A stretch of DNA of 64,000 bases from Minisyncoccota bacterium (GTDB taxonomy: Bacteria; Patescibacteriota; Minisyncoccia; Phycocordibacterales; UBA9973). The position numbers and the translations under genes were made by a program. The notes below the pieces were generated by a model. The model saw only the letters and a list, made by a program, of their open reading frames with translations, was not told the DNA's origin and did no database searches. Positions 1-9,344 of this stretch are shown here, piece by piece. The DNA is taken from the NCBI GenBank assembly GCA_041662205.1, contig JBAZSZ010000001.1:159107-223106 (forward strand), read 5' to 3'. Each line of letters begins with the position of its first letter. Within the stretch, counting starts at the first letter, position 1.

Positions 1-1202
1 TAGGAGGACGCTATGGACTCGAGAGACAATATGATTCTATTTTGGCTCGCAATGTAGACAATCCTTACATTAATTTTTTTGCTGAAGTTTTTTCTAATAT
101 AAATGAAACTTTATTTTCCGAAAAAGTAGCTGAAGGAGATATTGTAACGACGATTGAGCCCCAAGTTCAAAGTTTCTTAGAAAAAAAATTAATGGAAGTA
201 AAAAATAAATATCAAGTTGATTCTATTGGTGGAATAATTATGAATCCCATTGATGGCTCCATTTATGCATTAGGTGCTTTCCCTTCTTTTGATCCAAATA
301 GTTTTAACCAAAATAAAACAGTTTCAGTTTTTTCAAATCCATTAGTAGAAAATGTCTTAGAGTTTGGTTCTGTGGTCAAGCCTTTGGTGATGGCTGGGGC
401 TATTGATGCAGGAGTGGTCAATGCTGATACTACATACAATGACAAAGGCGAAGTCATTGTTGAAAAACATCAAATATTTAATTTTGACAAAAAAGGAAGG
501 GGACCGGGTACTACTATGCAAGAAGTTCTCAATCAGTCTCTAAATACTGGGATGGTTTTCGTAGAACAGAGATTGGGTAAAGTAAAATTGCGAGATTATT
601 TGTTAGGTTTTGGTATTAAAGAAAAAACAGGAATTGATTTACCAAATGAAACTTCGGGACTTGTTTCAGGCATACTGACGAGTCCACGTGAAATTGAATA
701 TGCCAATGCCGCTTTCGGTCAAGGAATTGCTCTTACTTCATTTGAATTAATTCGAGCGTTAGCCTCTCTCAGTAATGGTGGAAATTTGGTTGTTCCTCAT
801 CTTGTTCAAAAAATAAATTATACCGATGGTACTTCTAAAAAAATTACTTATCAAACAACATCTACAAAAATTTCAAAAGCCACCTCCGAAGAGATCACAA
901 GAATGCTTGTGAAAGCAATGGATAAAGGAATTGCTGGAGACCAAAAAAAGCTTGATCATTTTAGCATAGCGGCAAAAACAGGTACGGCGCAAGTTGCGGA
1001 TAATGTAAATGGGGGATATTATGAAGACAGGCACAATCATTCTTTTGTAGGTTATTTCCCAGCTTATGACCCAAAGTTTATTGTTTTTCTTTATGCCATT
1101 AATCCTAAAGGGGTACTCTATTCTGCGACGACTTGGACCGATCCTTTTTTAGAAATTACAAAATTTTTATTAAATTATTATAATGTTCCACCAGATAGAT
1201 AA
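1..1202 (+). CDS. Penicillin-binding protein, transpeptidase domain (5'-truncated; the frame is open to the window edge)
   Basis: The translation has a transpeptidase signature (SIGGIIMNPIDGSIYALGAFPSFDPN, KTGTAQ motif). Frame 3 is open from nt 3. murF follows immediately. Confidence 0.8.
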   Translation, partial: GGRYGLERQYDSILARNVDNPYINFFAEVFSNINETLFSEKVAEGDIVTTIEPQVQSFLEKKLMEVKNKYQVDSIGGIIMNPIDGSIYALGAFPSFDPNSFNQNKTVSVFSNPLVENVLEFGSVVKPLVMAGAIDAGVVNADTTYNDKGEVIVEKHQIFNFDKKGRGPGTTMQEVLNQSLNTGMVFVEQRLGKVKLRDYLLGFGIKEKTGIDLPNETSGLVSGILTSPREIEYANAAFGQGIALTSFELIRALASLSNGGNLVVPHLVQKINYTDGTSKKITYQTTSTKISKATSEEITRMLVKAMDKGIAGDQKKLDHFSIAAKTGTAQVADNVNGGYYEDRHNHSFVGYFPAYDPKFIVFLYAINPKGVLYSATTWTDPFLEITKFLLNYYNVPPDR

Positions 1203-1243
1203 CCTCACCCCAGCCCTCTCTTTATTAAGGAGAGGGAGAAATT

Positions 1244-2557
1244 ATGAAAACAACTTTTAGAAAAATAATTATTTATATTTTAAGAATCGAGTCACGGCTC
1301 GTGCTTTTAAAATATAAACCCAAAATTATCGCAGTCACAGGATCAGTAGGCAAGACTTCTACCAAAGATGCAGTTTATGCTGTGCTTTCAAAAATATCTT
1401 ACGTTCGAAAAAGTGAAAAAAGTTTTAATAGTGAAATAGGTTTACCTCTTACTATTTTAGGGGTTCCAAATGGCTGGAATAATTATTTTGTCTGGTTCCA
1501 CAATTTTTTAAAAGGTCTCTGGCTTTTTCTTAATCCTTTTAATTTTGATAAATACCCTAAATGGCTGGTACTTGAAGTCGGGATAGGCAAGCCTGGAGAT
1601 ATGAAAAAAACTGCTTCTTGGCTTAAAACTGATGCTGTTATTGTGACTGCGATAGGTGATACTCCTCCCCATGTTGAATTTTTTATTTCACATAAACATC
1701 TTGTTGAAGAAAAAAGCCAAATTATAAAAACTTTAAAAAAAGACGGTATTTTGGTACTAAATGCTGATGATCAAATAACCCTTAATATGAAAGAAAAAAG
1801 TAAGCATCGCACGATTACGTATGGATTTAAAGAAGGAGCGGATGTTTTAGGTTCCGGTGATACTATTTTTTACAATAAAGACAATGAACCGGAAGGAGTA
1901 ATTTTTAGAGTAGATGAAGGAGGAAATAGTTTGCCTGTTGTGATTGAAAAAGTTTTTGGGCGAAATCATATCTATGCTGCGCTCTCCGCCTTGGCTTTAT
2001 CTTTTGGTTTAAAATTTAATATGTTGACAGCTGTAGATGCGCTCAAAAATTATGATGTGGCGCCTGGACGCATGAGATTACACAAAGGGATAAATGATAG
2101 TTTGATTATTGACGATACTTATAATTCTTCTCCTTTTGCTTGCGAGTTTGCACTAAAAACTTTAAGAGAAATAAAGAATGAAGATAGAGAAAGCAGGAAA
2201 ATCGCAGTTTTGGGTGATATGCTCGAGCTTGGTAAGCATACTAGTGAAGCCCACATGAATATAGGAAGAATTGCCAACGACAATGCGGATATTTTATTTG
2301 TGGTTGGTCAAAGGGCAGAAAAAATAAAAGAAGGAGCGATAGAAGCAGGCATGAATAAAAAAAATATCATTCAATTTTTGAATTCTAATGAAGCAGGGGA
2401 TTTTATAAAAACCTTCGTGCAAAAAAATGATATTGTTTTAGTGAAGGGTTCACAAGGTATGCGAATGGAACGAGTCGTCGGAGAGATTCTCTTAGATCAA
2501 GAAAATAAAAATAAATTATTGGTCCGCCAAGAGGCAGAATGGCTAGAGAAAAAATAA
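1244..2557 (+). CDS. murF: UDP-N-acetylmuramoyl-tripeptide--D-alanyl-D-alanine ligase
   Basis: Mur ligase P-loop (IIAVTGSVGKTSTKD) and DDTYNSSP motif. Sits after the PBP gene. Confidence 0.85.
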   Translation: MKTTFRKIIIYILRIESRLVLLKYKPKIIAVTGSVGKTSTKDAVYAVLSKISYVRKSEKSFNSEIGLPLTILGVPNGWNNYFVWFHNFLKGLWLFLNPFNFDKYPKWLVLEVGIGKPGDMKKTASWLKTDAVIVTAIGDTPPHVEFFISHKHLVEEKSQIIKTLKKDGILVLNADDQITLNMKEKSKHRTITYGFKEGADVLGSGDTIFYNKDNEPEGVIFRVDEGGNSLPVVIEKVFGRNHIYAALSALALSFGLKFNMLTAVDALKNYDVAPGRMRLHKGINDSLIIDDTYNSSPFACEFALKTLREIKNEDRESRKIAVLGDMLELGKHTSEAHMNIGRIANDNADILFVVGQRAEKIKEGAIEAGMNKKNIIQFLNSNEAGDFIKTFVQKNDIVLVKGSQGMRMERVVGEILLDQENKNKLLVRQEAEWLEKK

Positions 2558-2558
2558 T

Positions 2559-2807
2559 TTAAATTTCTTCAATAAATTTTCTTACTTTTTTTTCAGTCTT
2601 TTCTATTTTTGCTACTAAATGCGGGTGTTTGTGTAAATATCTTTTTAGAATGGTAGTAGTTTGCGGGAAATAAAAGGAGAGAAGCGCTATCCCAATCAAT
2701 AAGAAAATAATTCCTTGCAAAAAAGGTATCAATAGACCAATTAATCCGAACAGAATAAATCCGATTCCAAAAGTTAAGATTAGTATTTTTTTTATTTTTT
2801 TTCTCAT
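2559..2807 (-). CDS. Small 2-TM membrane protein (PGPGW-like)
   Basis: 82 aa, two hydrophobic helices with a basic N-terminus; resembles the PGPGW family. Confidence 0.45.
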   Translation of the reverse strand: MRKKIKKILILTFGIGFILFGLIGLLIPFLQGIIFLLIGIALLSFYFPQTTTILKRYLHKHPHLVAKIEKTEKKVRKFIEEI

Positions 2808-2827
2808 CGTTAATGCATTATAGCATC

Positions 2828-4015
2828 CTATTTAAATTTTACAGAAGACGCTCTTTTAATTGTGTTGTTTCCATGTTTTTTTCTGATTTTATCTGCGACT
2901 TCTTCTACGATAAGTTTTTGAAGTTCTTTTTCTTGTTTTCCAAAGAGATCCATAGGAATTTCTTCTTCTCTGGTTAAGTTGTGTAGGATTACCCCAGTTG
3001 AGCGAATTCGCTCTTTACTCTTTAGAATTTTAGGCAACATTGGCTCAAGGGCATTTAATATCACTCCTGGATCTGCTGTATAAAAAGATAATTTTACCTC
3101 ATCAAAATAATATTTAAATTCACTGGTTTTTACGAAAAAAGATATTTTATTACTGACTAGGTGGATGGATCTAGCTCTCTCGCAGGCATGTTCTGCATTT
3201 TCAGCAATTTCCCTCCAAATAACTTTGGGGTGAGTAGAGGCAGGATGAAAAGTGCCAGTGGCTTGAATTGATTTTTGACTTCGAGGATCGACATTATTTT
3301 CAACTTCTAAAATATTTTCTCCGGCAAGTTCTTTCTTTAGAACAAGAAGTGGCCGAGAAAATCTTTTTTCAATTTCTTTATTTTCATACATCATAAAATC
3401 ATAAGCATTTCTGATACCTAGATTTTGTAAATCTGGAACTGTTTTTCTGCCGATACCCCAAATATCATCTATCGGTGTAGCTTTTAGTGCACGAATTTCA
3501 TCTTCTTTCGAAAGCAATAAAACCATCCCATTGGGTTTTTCAAGTTTTGAAGCTTGCTTGGCAAGTGCTTTGGTGCGAGCTAATCCTAGAGAATAAGTTA
3601 CCTTGAGTTTTTCTTCTATTTCTTTTTTTAAGGCAGTAAGTAGTTGTTTTTCTCCGCCAAAGTATTTAACTTCAGCGGGTTCCACTAGGGCGAAACATTC
3701 ATCGATACTATATTCTTCTATTGTCCCAAAATAAGATAAAAGTATTTGGTGCATTTTCTCTTGAATATTTTTATATAAATCAAAATGATGATTGAGAATG
3801 ATGACTTCTGGATATATTTTTTTTATTTTAAATACCGGCATCCCTCTCGTCACTCCGAGTTTCTTGGCCTCAGGGCTCATGGCCACAGCGATACCTCTGT
3901 CACCACCTACGATCACAGGTAGTCCTCGTAGCTCTGGCTGGACAGTTAGCTCGCAGGCTACAAAGAATGAGTCTCCGTCTGCGTGGAGAAAAAGGTTTTC
4001 TGACTTGGTGGGCAT
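2828..4015 (-). CDS. dinB: DNA polymerase IV (Y-family)
   Basis: N-terminal LFLHADGDSFFVACE and DIWGIGRKT motifs are typical of DinB/UmuC polymerases. Confidence 0.85.
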   Translation of the reverse strand: MPTKSENLFLHADGDSFFVACELTVQPELRGLPVIVGGDRGIAVAMSPEAKKLGVTRGMPVFKIKKIYPEVIILNHHFDLYKNIQEKMHQILLSYFGTIEEYSIDECFALVEPAEVKYFGGEKQLLTALKKEIEEKLKVTYSLGLARTKALAKQASKLEKPNGMVLLLSKEDEIRALKATPIDDIWGIGRKTVPDLQNLGIRNAYDFMMYENKEIEKRFSRPLLVLKKELAGENILEVENNVDPRSQKSIQATGTFHPASTHPKVIWREIAENAEHACERARSIHLVSNKISFFVKTSEFKYYFDEVKLSFYTADPGVILNALEPMLPKILKSKERIRSTGVILHNLTREEEIPMDLFGKQEKELQKLIVEEVADKIRKKHGNNTIKRASSVKFK

Positions 4016-4065
4016 TTAGCTATTATACTATCTTTGATTTGATAAGTTTGTAGGGAAGACAATAG

Positions 4066-4111
4066 AATAAAAAAAATAGGGCTGGTTACTTAAGAAAAAA
4101 GTAGCCAGCCC
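4066..4111 (-). terminator. Rho-independent terminator downstream of the dsrC/tusE-like gene
   Basis: On the minus strand a GGGGCTGGCTAC...GTAACCAGCCC hairpin is followed by a T-run. Confidence 0.5.
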
Positions 4112-4126
4112 CTAATCATTTAACTA

Positions 4127-4462
4127 TTACATACAGCCTGAAGGTTTCTGAAGTCCAGCATATTTACAGGACTGTTTTACAGGACCTTTAGGATAAAGCT
4201 TATAAAGATATCTCGTATTTCCTTTTTCTGGCCCTAAAGCCTTAATTGTTCTCCTTATAATACTAGAGAACAAAGGAACAGTCTTGCGTACCTCATAATA
4301 TTCTCTGAGAAAATTGATAATCTCCCAGTGATCCGGCGTAAGATCGATGTTATCCTGCTTTGCCATGAGTGTCGCTAAGTCTGCCGTCCAATCATAGAGA
4401 TTAAGGAGATAGCCTTCATCATCAACCTCGATTTGTTTGCCCTGAAAATCTATTGTTCCCAT
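4127..4462 (-). CDS. DsrC/TusE-family sulfur-relay protein (two-cysteine DsrC type)
   Basis: 111 aa. The C-terminus CKYAGLQKPSGCM matches the DsrC CK..GLPKPTGCV pattern, with both cysteines spaced by 10 residues. Confidence 0.75.
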   Translation of the reverse strand: MGTIDFQGKQIEVDDEGYLLNLYDWTADLATLMAKQDNIDLTPDHWEIINFLREYYEVRKTVPLFSSIIRRTIKALGPEKGNTRYLYKLYPKGPVKQSCKYAGLQKPSGCM

Positions 4463-4595
4463 CGTTTGCCCTCCATGAACTTTGATTCCCTACAAAGTAG
4501 GGTATTGTTGATCTAAGATGATTCTAGTGAAATAACTCGGAAAGTCAATTTAAATTTCTTATGCTTATCTAAGGTTTTTTGTTATAATTTATTTC

Positions 4596-5453
4596 ATGAA
4601 ACTTAGTAAAGGGTTCTATCTCACCTTTGGAGCTGCATTTTTCTGGGCATTAGGTATTATTACAACAAAATTTATTTTTCTCAGGGGAGAAAATGTGTTT
4701 AATTTCACTTTTTGGGTAATTATTTTCGCCACCCCTTTTTGGATATTTATTTTATCTAGAAATTTTGGTGAATTAAAAAAAATTACCAAACAAGATTATA
4801 TCTTATTACTTAGTATCGGTTTGATTAGTATGGTTCTTCTCAACATAGTAGATTTTTTTGCAATAAAATACAGTCAGGCCATAAATTATTCCTTTTTAAT
4901 TAGAACCAGTATTATTTTTACCATATTCTTCTCTTTTATTTTTTTAGGAGAAAAAATTACTCTAAAAAAGATTATTTTAGCTACTATGATTTTGATAGGC
5001 GCTTTTTTCCTCACAACTAAGGGTCAAAAAATAATTTTAACAACAGGGGATATATTGACTCTAATAGACGCCGCTCTCGTTTCTTTCGGAAATACGATAT
5101 TAGGGAAAATTGCTGTAAAAAGGATGAGTTCAGGGTTGAGCGCCTCAGTCAGTTTTTTAGTTGGAGTATTACCCATAACAATAATTGTTTTATATCTTCA
5201 TAAATTAGAAATACCGCATTCAATATACTTAATAATTCTAGCTGCAATTTTTTCTACAGTTGGAACCCTTTTCAGATTTAAGGCATATCAAAACGCCACA
5301 GCTTCTTATGTGGCTATGGTTTATTCATTTACACCTGTTATTGTCTTTATTTTAGCTGTTACTTTTTTAAAAGAATCTGTAACCTACTTACAACTTCTTG
5401 GAGGAACTTTAATAGTATTATCCGGTGTGCTTGTTGAGAAATTGAAAATGTAA
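4596..5453 (+). CDS. EamA/DMT-family transporter
   Basis: About 10 predicted TM helices and two EamA-like halves. Confidence 0.7.
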   Translation: MKLSKGFYLTFGAAFFWALGIITTKFIFLRGENVFNFTFWVIIFATPFWIFILSRNFGELKKITKQDYILLLSIGLISMVLLNIVDFFAIKYSQAINYSFLIRTSIIFTIFFSFIFLGEKITLKKIILATMILIGAFFLTTKGQKIILTTGDILTLIDAALVSFGNTILGKIAVKRMSSGLSASVSFLVGVLPITIIVLYLHKLEIPHSIYLIILAAIFSTVGTLFRFKAYQNATASYVAMVYSFTPVIVFILAVTFLKESVTYLQLLGGTLIVLSGVLVEKLKM

Positions 5454-5541
5454 ATATGCAAAGACTATCCTTATATATGCACGAGTGTTAGGAGTTTAGG
5501 AAGGGCTTGCAAAAGCGCGAAAATTTGGCCAAAATACATAA

Positions 5542-5910
5542 ATGAGAAACTATAATGCAAAAGATGTCGATTCTTATATTGCTAGTTCAGAGAAAGAAGC
5601 TCGCCCACATTTGAAGGAGCTTCGAAAAATAATAAAATCAACTATTCCAAAAGTAGAAGAGGGAATAAGCTGGGGAGTTCCATTCTACAAATATCACGGT
5701 CTTTTGGGTGGATTTGCGGTATTTAAAAAACATGTTAGTTTTGGTCTTGCTTTTGTGTTTGAAAAGAAAGACCGTGAAATGCTTGAAAAAAAAGGTTACA
5801 AAACTGGAAGTAAAACCGTACAAATTAAATTTGATCAAAAAATTCCAACTACTGAGATAAAACAAATTCTAAAAAAGAAAGCAAAAATAAATGAAGTCGA
5901 AAAACAATAA
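5542..5910 (+). CDS. DUF1801 (YdhG-like) domain protein
   Basis: 122 aa; a SWGVPFYKYHG-type motif characteristic of DUF1801. Confidence 0.55.
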   Translation: MRNYNAKDVDSYIASSEKEARPHLKELRKIIKSTIPKVEEGISWGVPFYKYHGLLGGFAVFKKHVSFGLAFVFEKKDREMLEKKGYKTGSKTVQIKFDQKIPTTEIKQILKKKAKINEVEKQ

Positions 5911-5933
5911 AATAATTTTTTAAAGTTTTTGTT

Positions 5934-6533
5934 TTACCTTATACCTGTATCACAAGAAATAGTTGCGGATGTAAAAATATTTATATTCACAGTAATCTCT
6001 AGATGATCACACCTTGGTAAATTACTTTCTCCTGCGCCTAAAGTGTATTTTCCTGGCGGCAGGGAAGCTGAGAAACTTCCATTTGCGTCACTGGTAGTTA
6101 TTACAAATGGATGCACTAGATCATTTGAACGAAATACTACAACTGTGGTTTTATACGGCTTGTCAGTGCAATTTGGATCAGGTGGGTTGCGCTCTACTGG
6201 GCATGTTGGTCCTAATACAACTTTTCCTTTCACCCCTGACTTATATGGAAGAATGCTCTGTGATCCATTATTACTTGGCGTTGTAATTTCAGGGCAAGCA
6301 GTAAAGTCACAATTAGGCCCTGAACGTCCTACATAAGAACCATCTCCGCACAGTTTCGCTTCCATCGTACATGCGACTGGATTATTACCAAAATGATTAT
6401 AGTTTTTGTTGTTACCTTTTTCAATCAAGATGACGCATCCAATAATGCATATAACCACTAATATTAGTAGTGCAATCGATATATATAAAAAATGATGTTC
6501 TTTTTTTATCATAACTAATAACAATGATGACAT
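5934..6533 (-). CDS. Secreted/membrane-anchored Cys-rich protein with a carboxypeptidase-regulatory-like beta-sandwich domain
   Basis: N-terminal TM/signal anchor. TTSDANGSFSASLPPGKYTL matches the CarboxypepD_reg pattern. Visibly more G/C-rich than its surroundings. Confidence 0.5.
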   Translation of the reverse strand: MSSLLLVMIKKEHHFLYISIALLILVVICIIGCVILIEKGNNKNYNHFGNNPVACTMEAKLCGDGSYVGRSGPNCDFTACPEITTPSNNGSQSILPYKSGVKGKVVLGPTCPVERNPPDPNCTDKPYKTTVVVFRSNDLVHPFVITTSDANGSFSASLPPGKYTLGAGESNLPRCDHLEITVNINIFTSATISCDTGIR

Positions 6534-6556
6534 TAAAGCTAAAACATTTCAACCTG

Positions 6557-6581
6557 CTGTCAGCGGTCCAACCGCTGACAG
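6557..6581. other. Perfect 11-bp GC-rich hairpin (ctgtcagcggt-cca-accgctgacag)
   Basis: Seen directly in the sequence; lies between tRNA-Glu and the upstream minus-strand gene. No clear T-run. Confidence 0.4.
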
Positions 6582-6777
6582 CTGACAAAGATTACGGGGA
6601 ACGCTTCGCGTGTAAAGTTTACGTGGTCACAAGTTACTAAATTTTTTATTTCTTAAAATTATAAAAAATGTAAGTACTTGCTGACCCCGGCTCGGCTATT
6701 TTTCTTCTGAAAAATTATGCCTGCGCCTTCACAAACGGCTCGCAAATAAAGCAGTTTATTTGGCTTTGCGCCGTTTG

Positions 6778-6849
6778 TGACCCTACGCGGAATCGAACCG
6801 CGATTCCATCCTTGAGAAGGATGTGTCCTAACCGTTAGACGATAGGGCC
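6778..6849 (-). tRNA. tRNA-Glu (anticodon CUC)
   Basis: Manual cloverleaf on the minus strand: acceptor GGCCCTA/TAGGGTC, anticodon loop TTCTCAA, T-arm CGCGG-TTCGATT-CCGCG. 72 nt, no CCA encoded. Confidence 0.85.
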
Positions 6850-6953
6850 TTTGAAATAACAACAAAGAAAATATAGCATTTTTTGGTAAAAAACTAAAGA
6901 AAAATTATTTAAATAGCAATAACCGTTCTTGCTATTTATGCTATAATACTTGT

Positions 6954-7424
6954 ATGAAAAAATTTATCCCAGCTATAATAATTATTCATGTTATTGTAAT
7001 CGTGGTTTTATTTTGGCAGTTAAATGTTAAAAAAGAAACGGCTCCGGAGCCGAGCCCAGTAATTATTGTAGACACAGGAAACGCTGAAGAGAAAAAAGAT
7101 CTGATTCGAGTATCCTTGCCCAAGCCCAATGATGTGATAAAAAGCCCGCTTGTTATAAAAGGTGAAGCGAGAGGAAATTGGTTTTTTGAAGCATCATTCC
7201 CCATTAAATTGATTAATACCGAAGGCAAGGAAGTTCCTCTTTCACAGGGGTACATCATGACTACAGCAAATTGGATGACAACCGATTTTGTCCCCTTTGA
7301 ACAAATTATCACTTTTCCTCTACAAAAAGCCGGAAAGGGAAAATTGATCTTAATGAAAGACAATCCATCCGGACTTGCTCAATATGACGATGAACTTGTG
7401 ATACCTGTTTTTTTTGGAGAATAA
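6954..7424 (+). CDS. Membrane-anchored Gmad2-like Ig-fold domain protein
   Basis: N-terminal TM helix followed by a beta-rich domain resembling the Gmad2/GerM-like family. Confidence 0.45.
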   Translation: MKKFIPAIIIIHVIVIVVLFWQLNVKKETAPEPSPVIIVDTGNAEEKKDLIRVSLPKPNDVIKSPLVIKGEARGNWFFEASFPIKLINTEGKEVPLSQGYIMTTANWMTTDFVPFEQIITFPLQKAGKGKLILMKDNPSGLAQYDDELVIPVFFGE

Positions 7425-7427
7425 AAT

Positions 7428-8474
7428 TTATTCCTCAATTTTTGGTTTTTCTACTTCAAGTAGCGCTAGCTCGGGGGAACTGCCGGCTATGCGGAGGACA
7501 TCTTTGTCTATCTTTTTAAGTTCTTTATTTGAAGCATTGTAATGATTCACGACTGTCCCTAAGGCATTGCCAAGTTTGTTGTGGTATTCATCATAAGATT
7601 TTAAATGTTTTCCGAGGTCTTCCACTTTTTTTATTATTTCTTTGGCGGATTCTTCTATTTGGAGAGCCTTGAGCCCTTGCAAGACAGTTTGTAAATATGC
7701 GAGGAAAGAAGTAGGGCTTGTGATGATGACTTTGTATTTTCCGGCGGCACGTTGGATTAGATTCTCATTGTCATCACTTGCACCCACTTTATTGGTAATC
7801 AAATCATAGTAGATGGCTTCGTGGGGGATAAACATAAAAGCAAAGTCGGTAGTGCCTTTGGTCGGCTGGATATATTTAGCTGTTTCAGTAATACGATTCT
7901 TTAAATCATTTACGAAAATTGTTTCTAGTCGTTTCTTTTCTGCACCGTCTCGCTCTTCAACCATTTTATTATAATTTTCCAATGAGAATTTTGAATCTAT
8001 CGGAATGATTTTGTCTTTAACAAAAACGACTGCGTCTACGATCGTGCCATCTGGAAAAGGGTATTGCATTTGGTAGCTTCCTGGTGGAAGCACATTTTTC
8101 AAAACTGTCTCTAAATAATATTCACCTAGGATTCCACGCTGTTTTGGATTCTTTAAAATATTTTCCAAGCTTTGGAGTTGGTCGGCAAAAGAGATGACTT
8201 GTTTATTCGTCTCATCAAGGCGAGTGAGTCTTTCGGTCACATCACGAATTATTTTATTTGATTCAGAAGAGTGGAATTTTAAACTTTCGTTGACTTGTTT
8301 GTGTGATTCACCGATTTTACTATCTACCGTCCTAGAGAGTTCATTTATTTGGGTCAAAATAAGATTTAAGCCGATGTCGTCTTTTGTCGTATTTTCTTTC
8401 TTTTTACCAAATACAAAATAAGCAACAATGCCTCCAATTAAAATCACGATTATAATTATTAAAATATTTTCCAT
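7428..8474 (-). CDS. rmuC: DNA recombination protein RmuC
   Basis: N-terminal TM, long coiled coil and C-terminal RmuC nuclease-like region (YQMQYPFPDGTIVDAVVFV). Confidence 0.8.
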   Translation of the reverse strand: MENILIIIIVILIGGIVAYFVFGKKKENTTKDDIGLNLILTQINELSRTVDSKIGESHKQVNESLKFHSSESNKIIRDVTERLTRLDETNKQVISFADQLQSLENILKNPKQRGILGEYYLETVLKNVLPPGSYQMQYPFPDGTIVDAVVFVKDKIIPIDSKFSLENYNKMVEERDGAEKKRLETIFVNDLKNRITETAKYIQPTKGTTDFAFMFIPHEAIYYDLITNKVGASDDNENLIQRAAGKYKVIITSPTSFLAYLQTVLQGLKALQIEESAKEIIKKVEDLGKHLKSYDEYHNKLGNALGTVVNHYNASNKELKKIDKDVLRIAGSSPELALLEVEKPKIEE

Positions 8475-8480
8475 CTTTTT

Positions 8481-9197
8481 TTATTTTTCTAAATAATGTT
8501 TCAAAGTATAAATCCAATCTTCATCAATGCCTTCGCCGTTTAGCTTTTGGTCTAGTAGCCATTGCAAGTAGCCTCTGTCTATTTTCACCACTTCTTCGAT
8601 TCTTTTGCCATTATGTTTCCCGAATTTAAAAGTATGTAGTAGGGAAGGATGGGAAGAAATTTCCATCATTTTTTTTATGGCTTCATCTTCCCCTATGTTA
8701 TTTTCCTTTACCATTTTATTTTTTAATCTTTCAAATAGTTTTTCTAAAACTAAAACATCTCCCATGGCATCATGCGCTGTCGCATCTACTTCTATGTCGA
8801 GCAGATAGCGCAAATATTGCAGATTGTACCGATCTATTTTTTCCTCTTTGTCTAGATATCTAGCGAGTCTGAGCGTGCAAATGAAATTAGCTGGAAAGAT
8901 GTCTTCTTTTTTTATTATCGCCAAGTCAAAGGGAGCATTGTGAGCGACTACAACAGAATCGTTATCTTCAAAAAGTTTTTTAATTATTGCCTGATCCGTG
9001 CTTTCTTTGAAAGTAGGTTTATTGGCTACCATTTTGTTTGTGATGTGGTGCACCGCTGAAGCTTCGGGAGGTATTTTCATTTCGGGTTTATAGAGACCCA
9101 TAAAGCTTTCATCATTACTTTTATAAGCAATCTGAACTAAGAAATCTTTCTCTGTGTTGCCAGTGGTCTCCGTATCAAAAAAAATTAATTTAGACAT
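8481..9197 (-). CDS. DnaQ-like (DEDD) 3'-5' exonuclease with a C-terminal DUF3820-like domain
   Basis: Exo I motif FFDTETTG. The C-terminal FGKHNGKRIEEV...YLQWLL resembles DUF3820. Confidence 0.75.
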   Translation of the reverse strand: MSKLIFFDTETTGNTEKDFLVQIAYKSNDESFMGLYKPEMKIPPEASAVHHITNKMVANKPTFKESTDQAIIKKLFEDNDSVVVAHNAPFDLAIIKKEDIFPANFICTLRLARYLDKEEKIDRYNLQYLRYLLDIEVDATAHDAMGDVLVLEKLFERLKNKMVKENNIGEDEAIKKMMEISSHPSLLHTFKFGKHNGKRIEEVVKIDRGYLQWLLDQKLNGEGIDEDWIYTLKHYLEK

Positions 9198-9235
9198 AGT
9201 GCTATTTTAACATACTTTTGGTATGATTTAAAAAG

Positions 9236-9330
9236 AAATGTAATTTTTAAAAAGCAATCTATCTGGCGCTGTTGCGCCAGCGAACTGCTCGGCTCGTCAG
9301 CCTGCGCAAGGCTTTTTAAAAACAACATTT
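9236..9330. repeat. GC-rich palindromic intergenic element, copy R1 (core 9257-9312), flanked by imperfect 19-bp inverted repeats
   Basis: The core is identical to copy R2 (17331-17386, opposite orientation) except for compensatory changes in the internal hairpin. The flanking inverted repeats are aaatgtaatttttaaaaag / ctttttaaaaacaacattt. Confidence 0.6.
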
Positions 9331-9344
9331 CTATTTAAATTAAT

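Noticed and set aside
263-457. Antisense ORFs embedded in clear genes (examples: 263-457, 3792-4019, 5638-5865, 6043-6336, 6986-7363, 8194-8421, 11332-11634, 29373-29888, 31462-31809, 34026-34283, 35561-35845, 52819-53169 and similar)
   Set aside because: They lie fully inside well-supported genes on the opposite strand or in another frame and have low-complexity translations without start signals. These are typical spurious ORFs.
6659-6865. 68-aa ORF overlapping tRNA-Glu
   Set aside because: The region folds into a canonical tRNA cloverleaf on the minus strand; the ORF is an artefact.
9257-9312. R-family elements as simple rho-independent terminators
   Set aside because: Their hairpins are not followed by T-runs, and they occur in both orientations, including inside operons and upstream of genes. 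They are reported as repeats or candidate structures instead.
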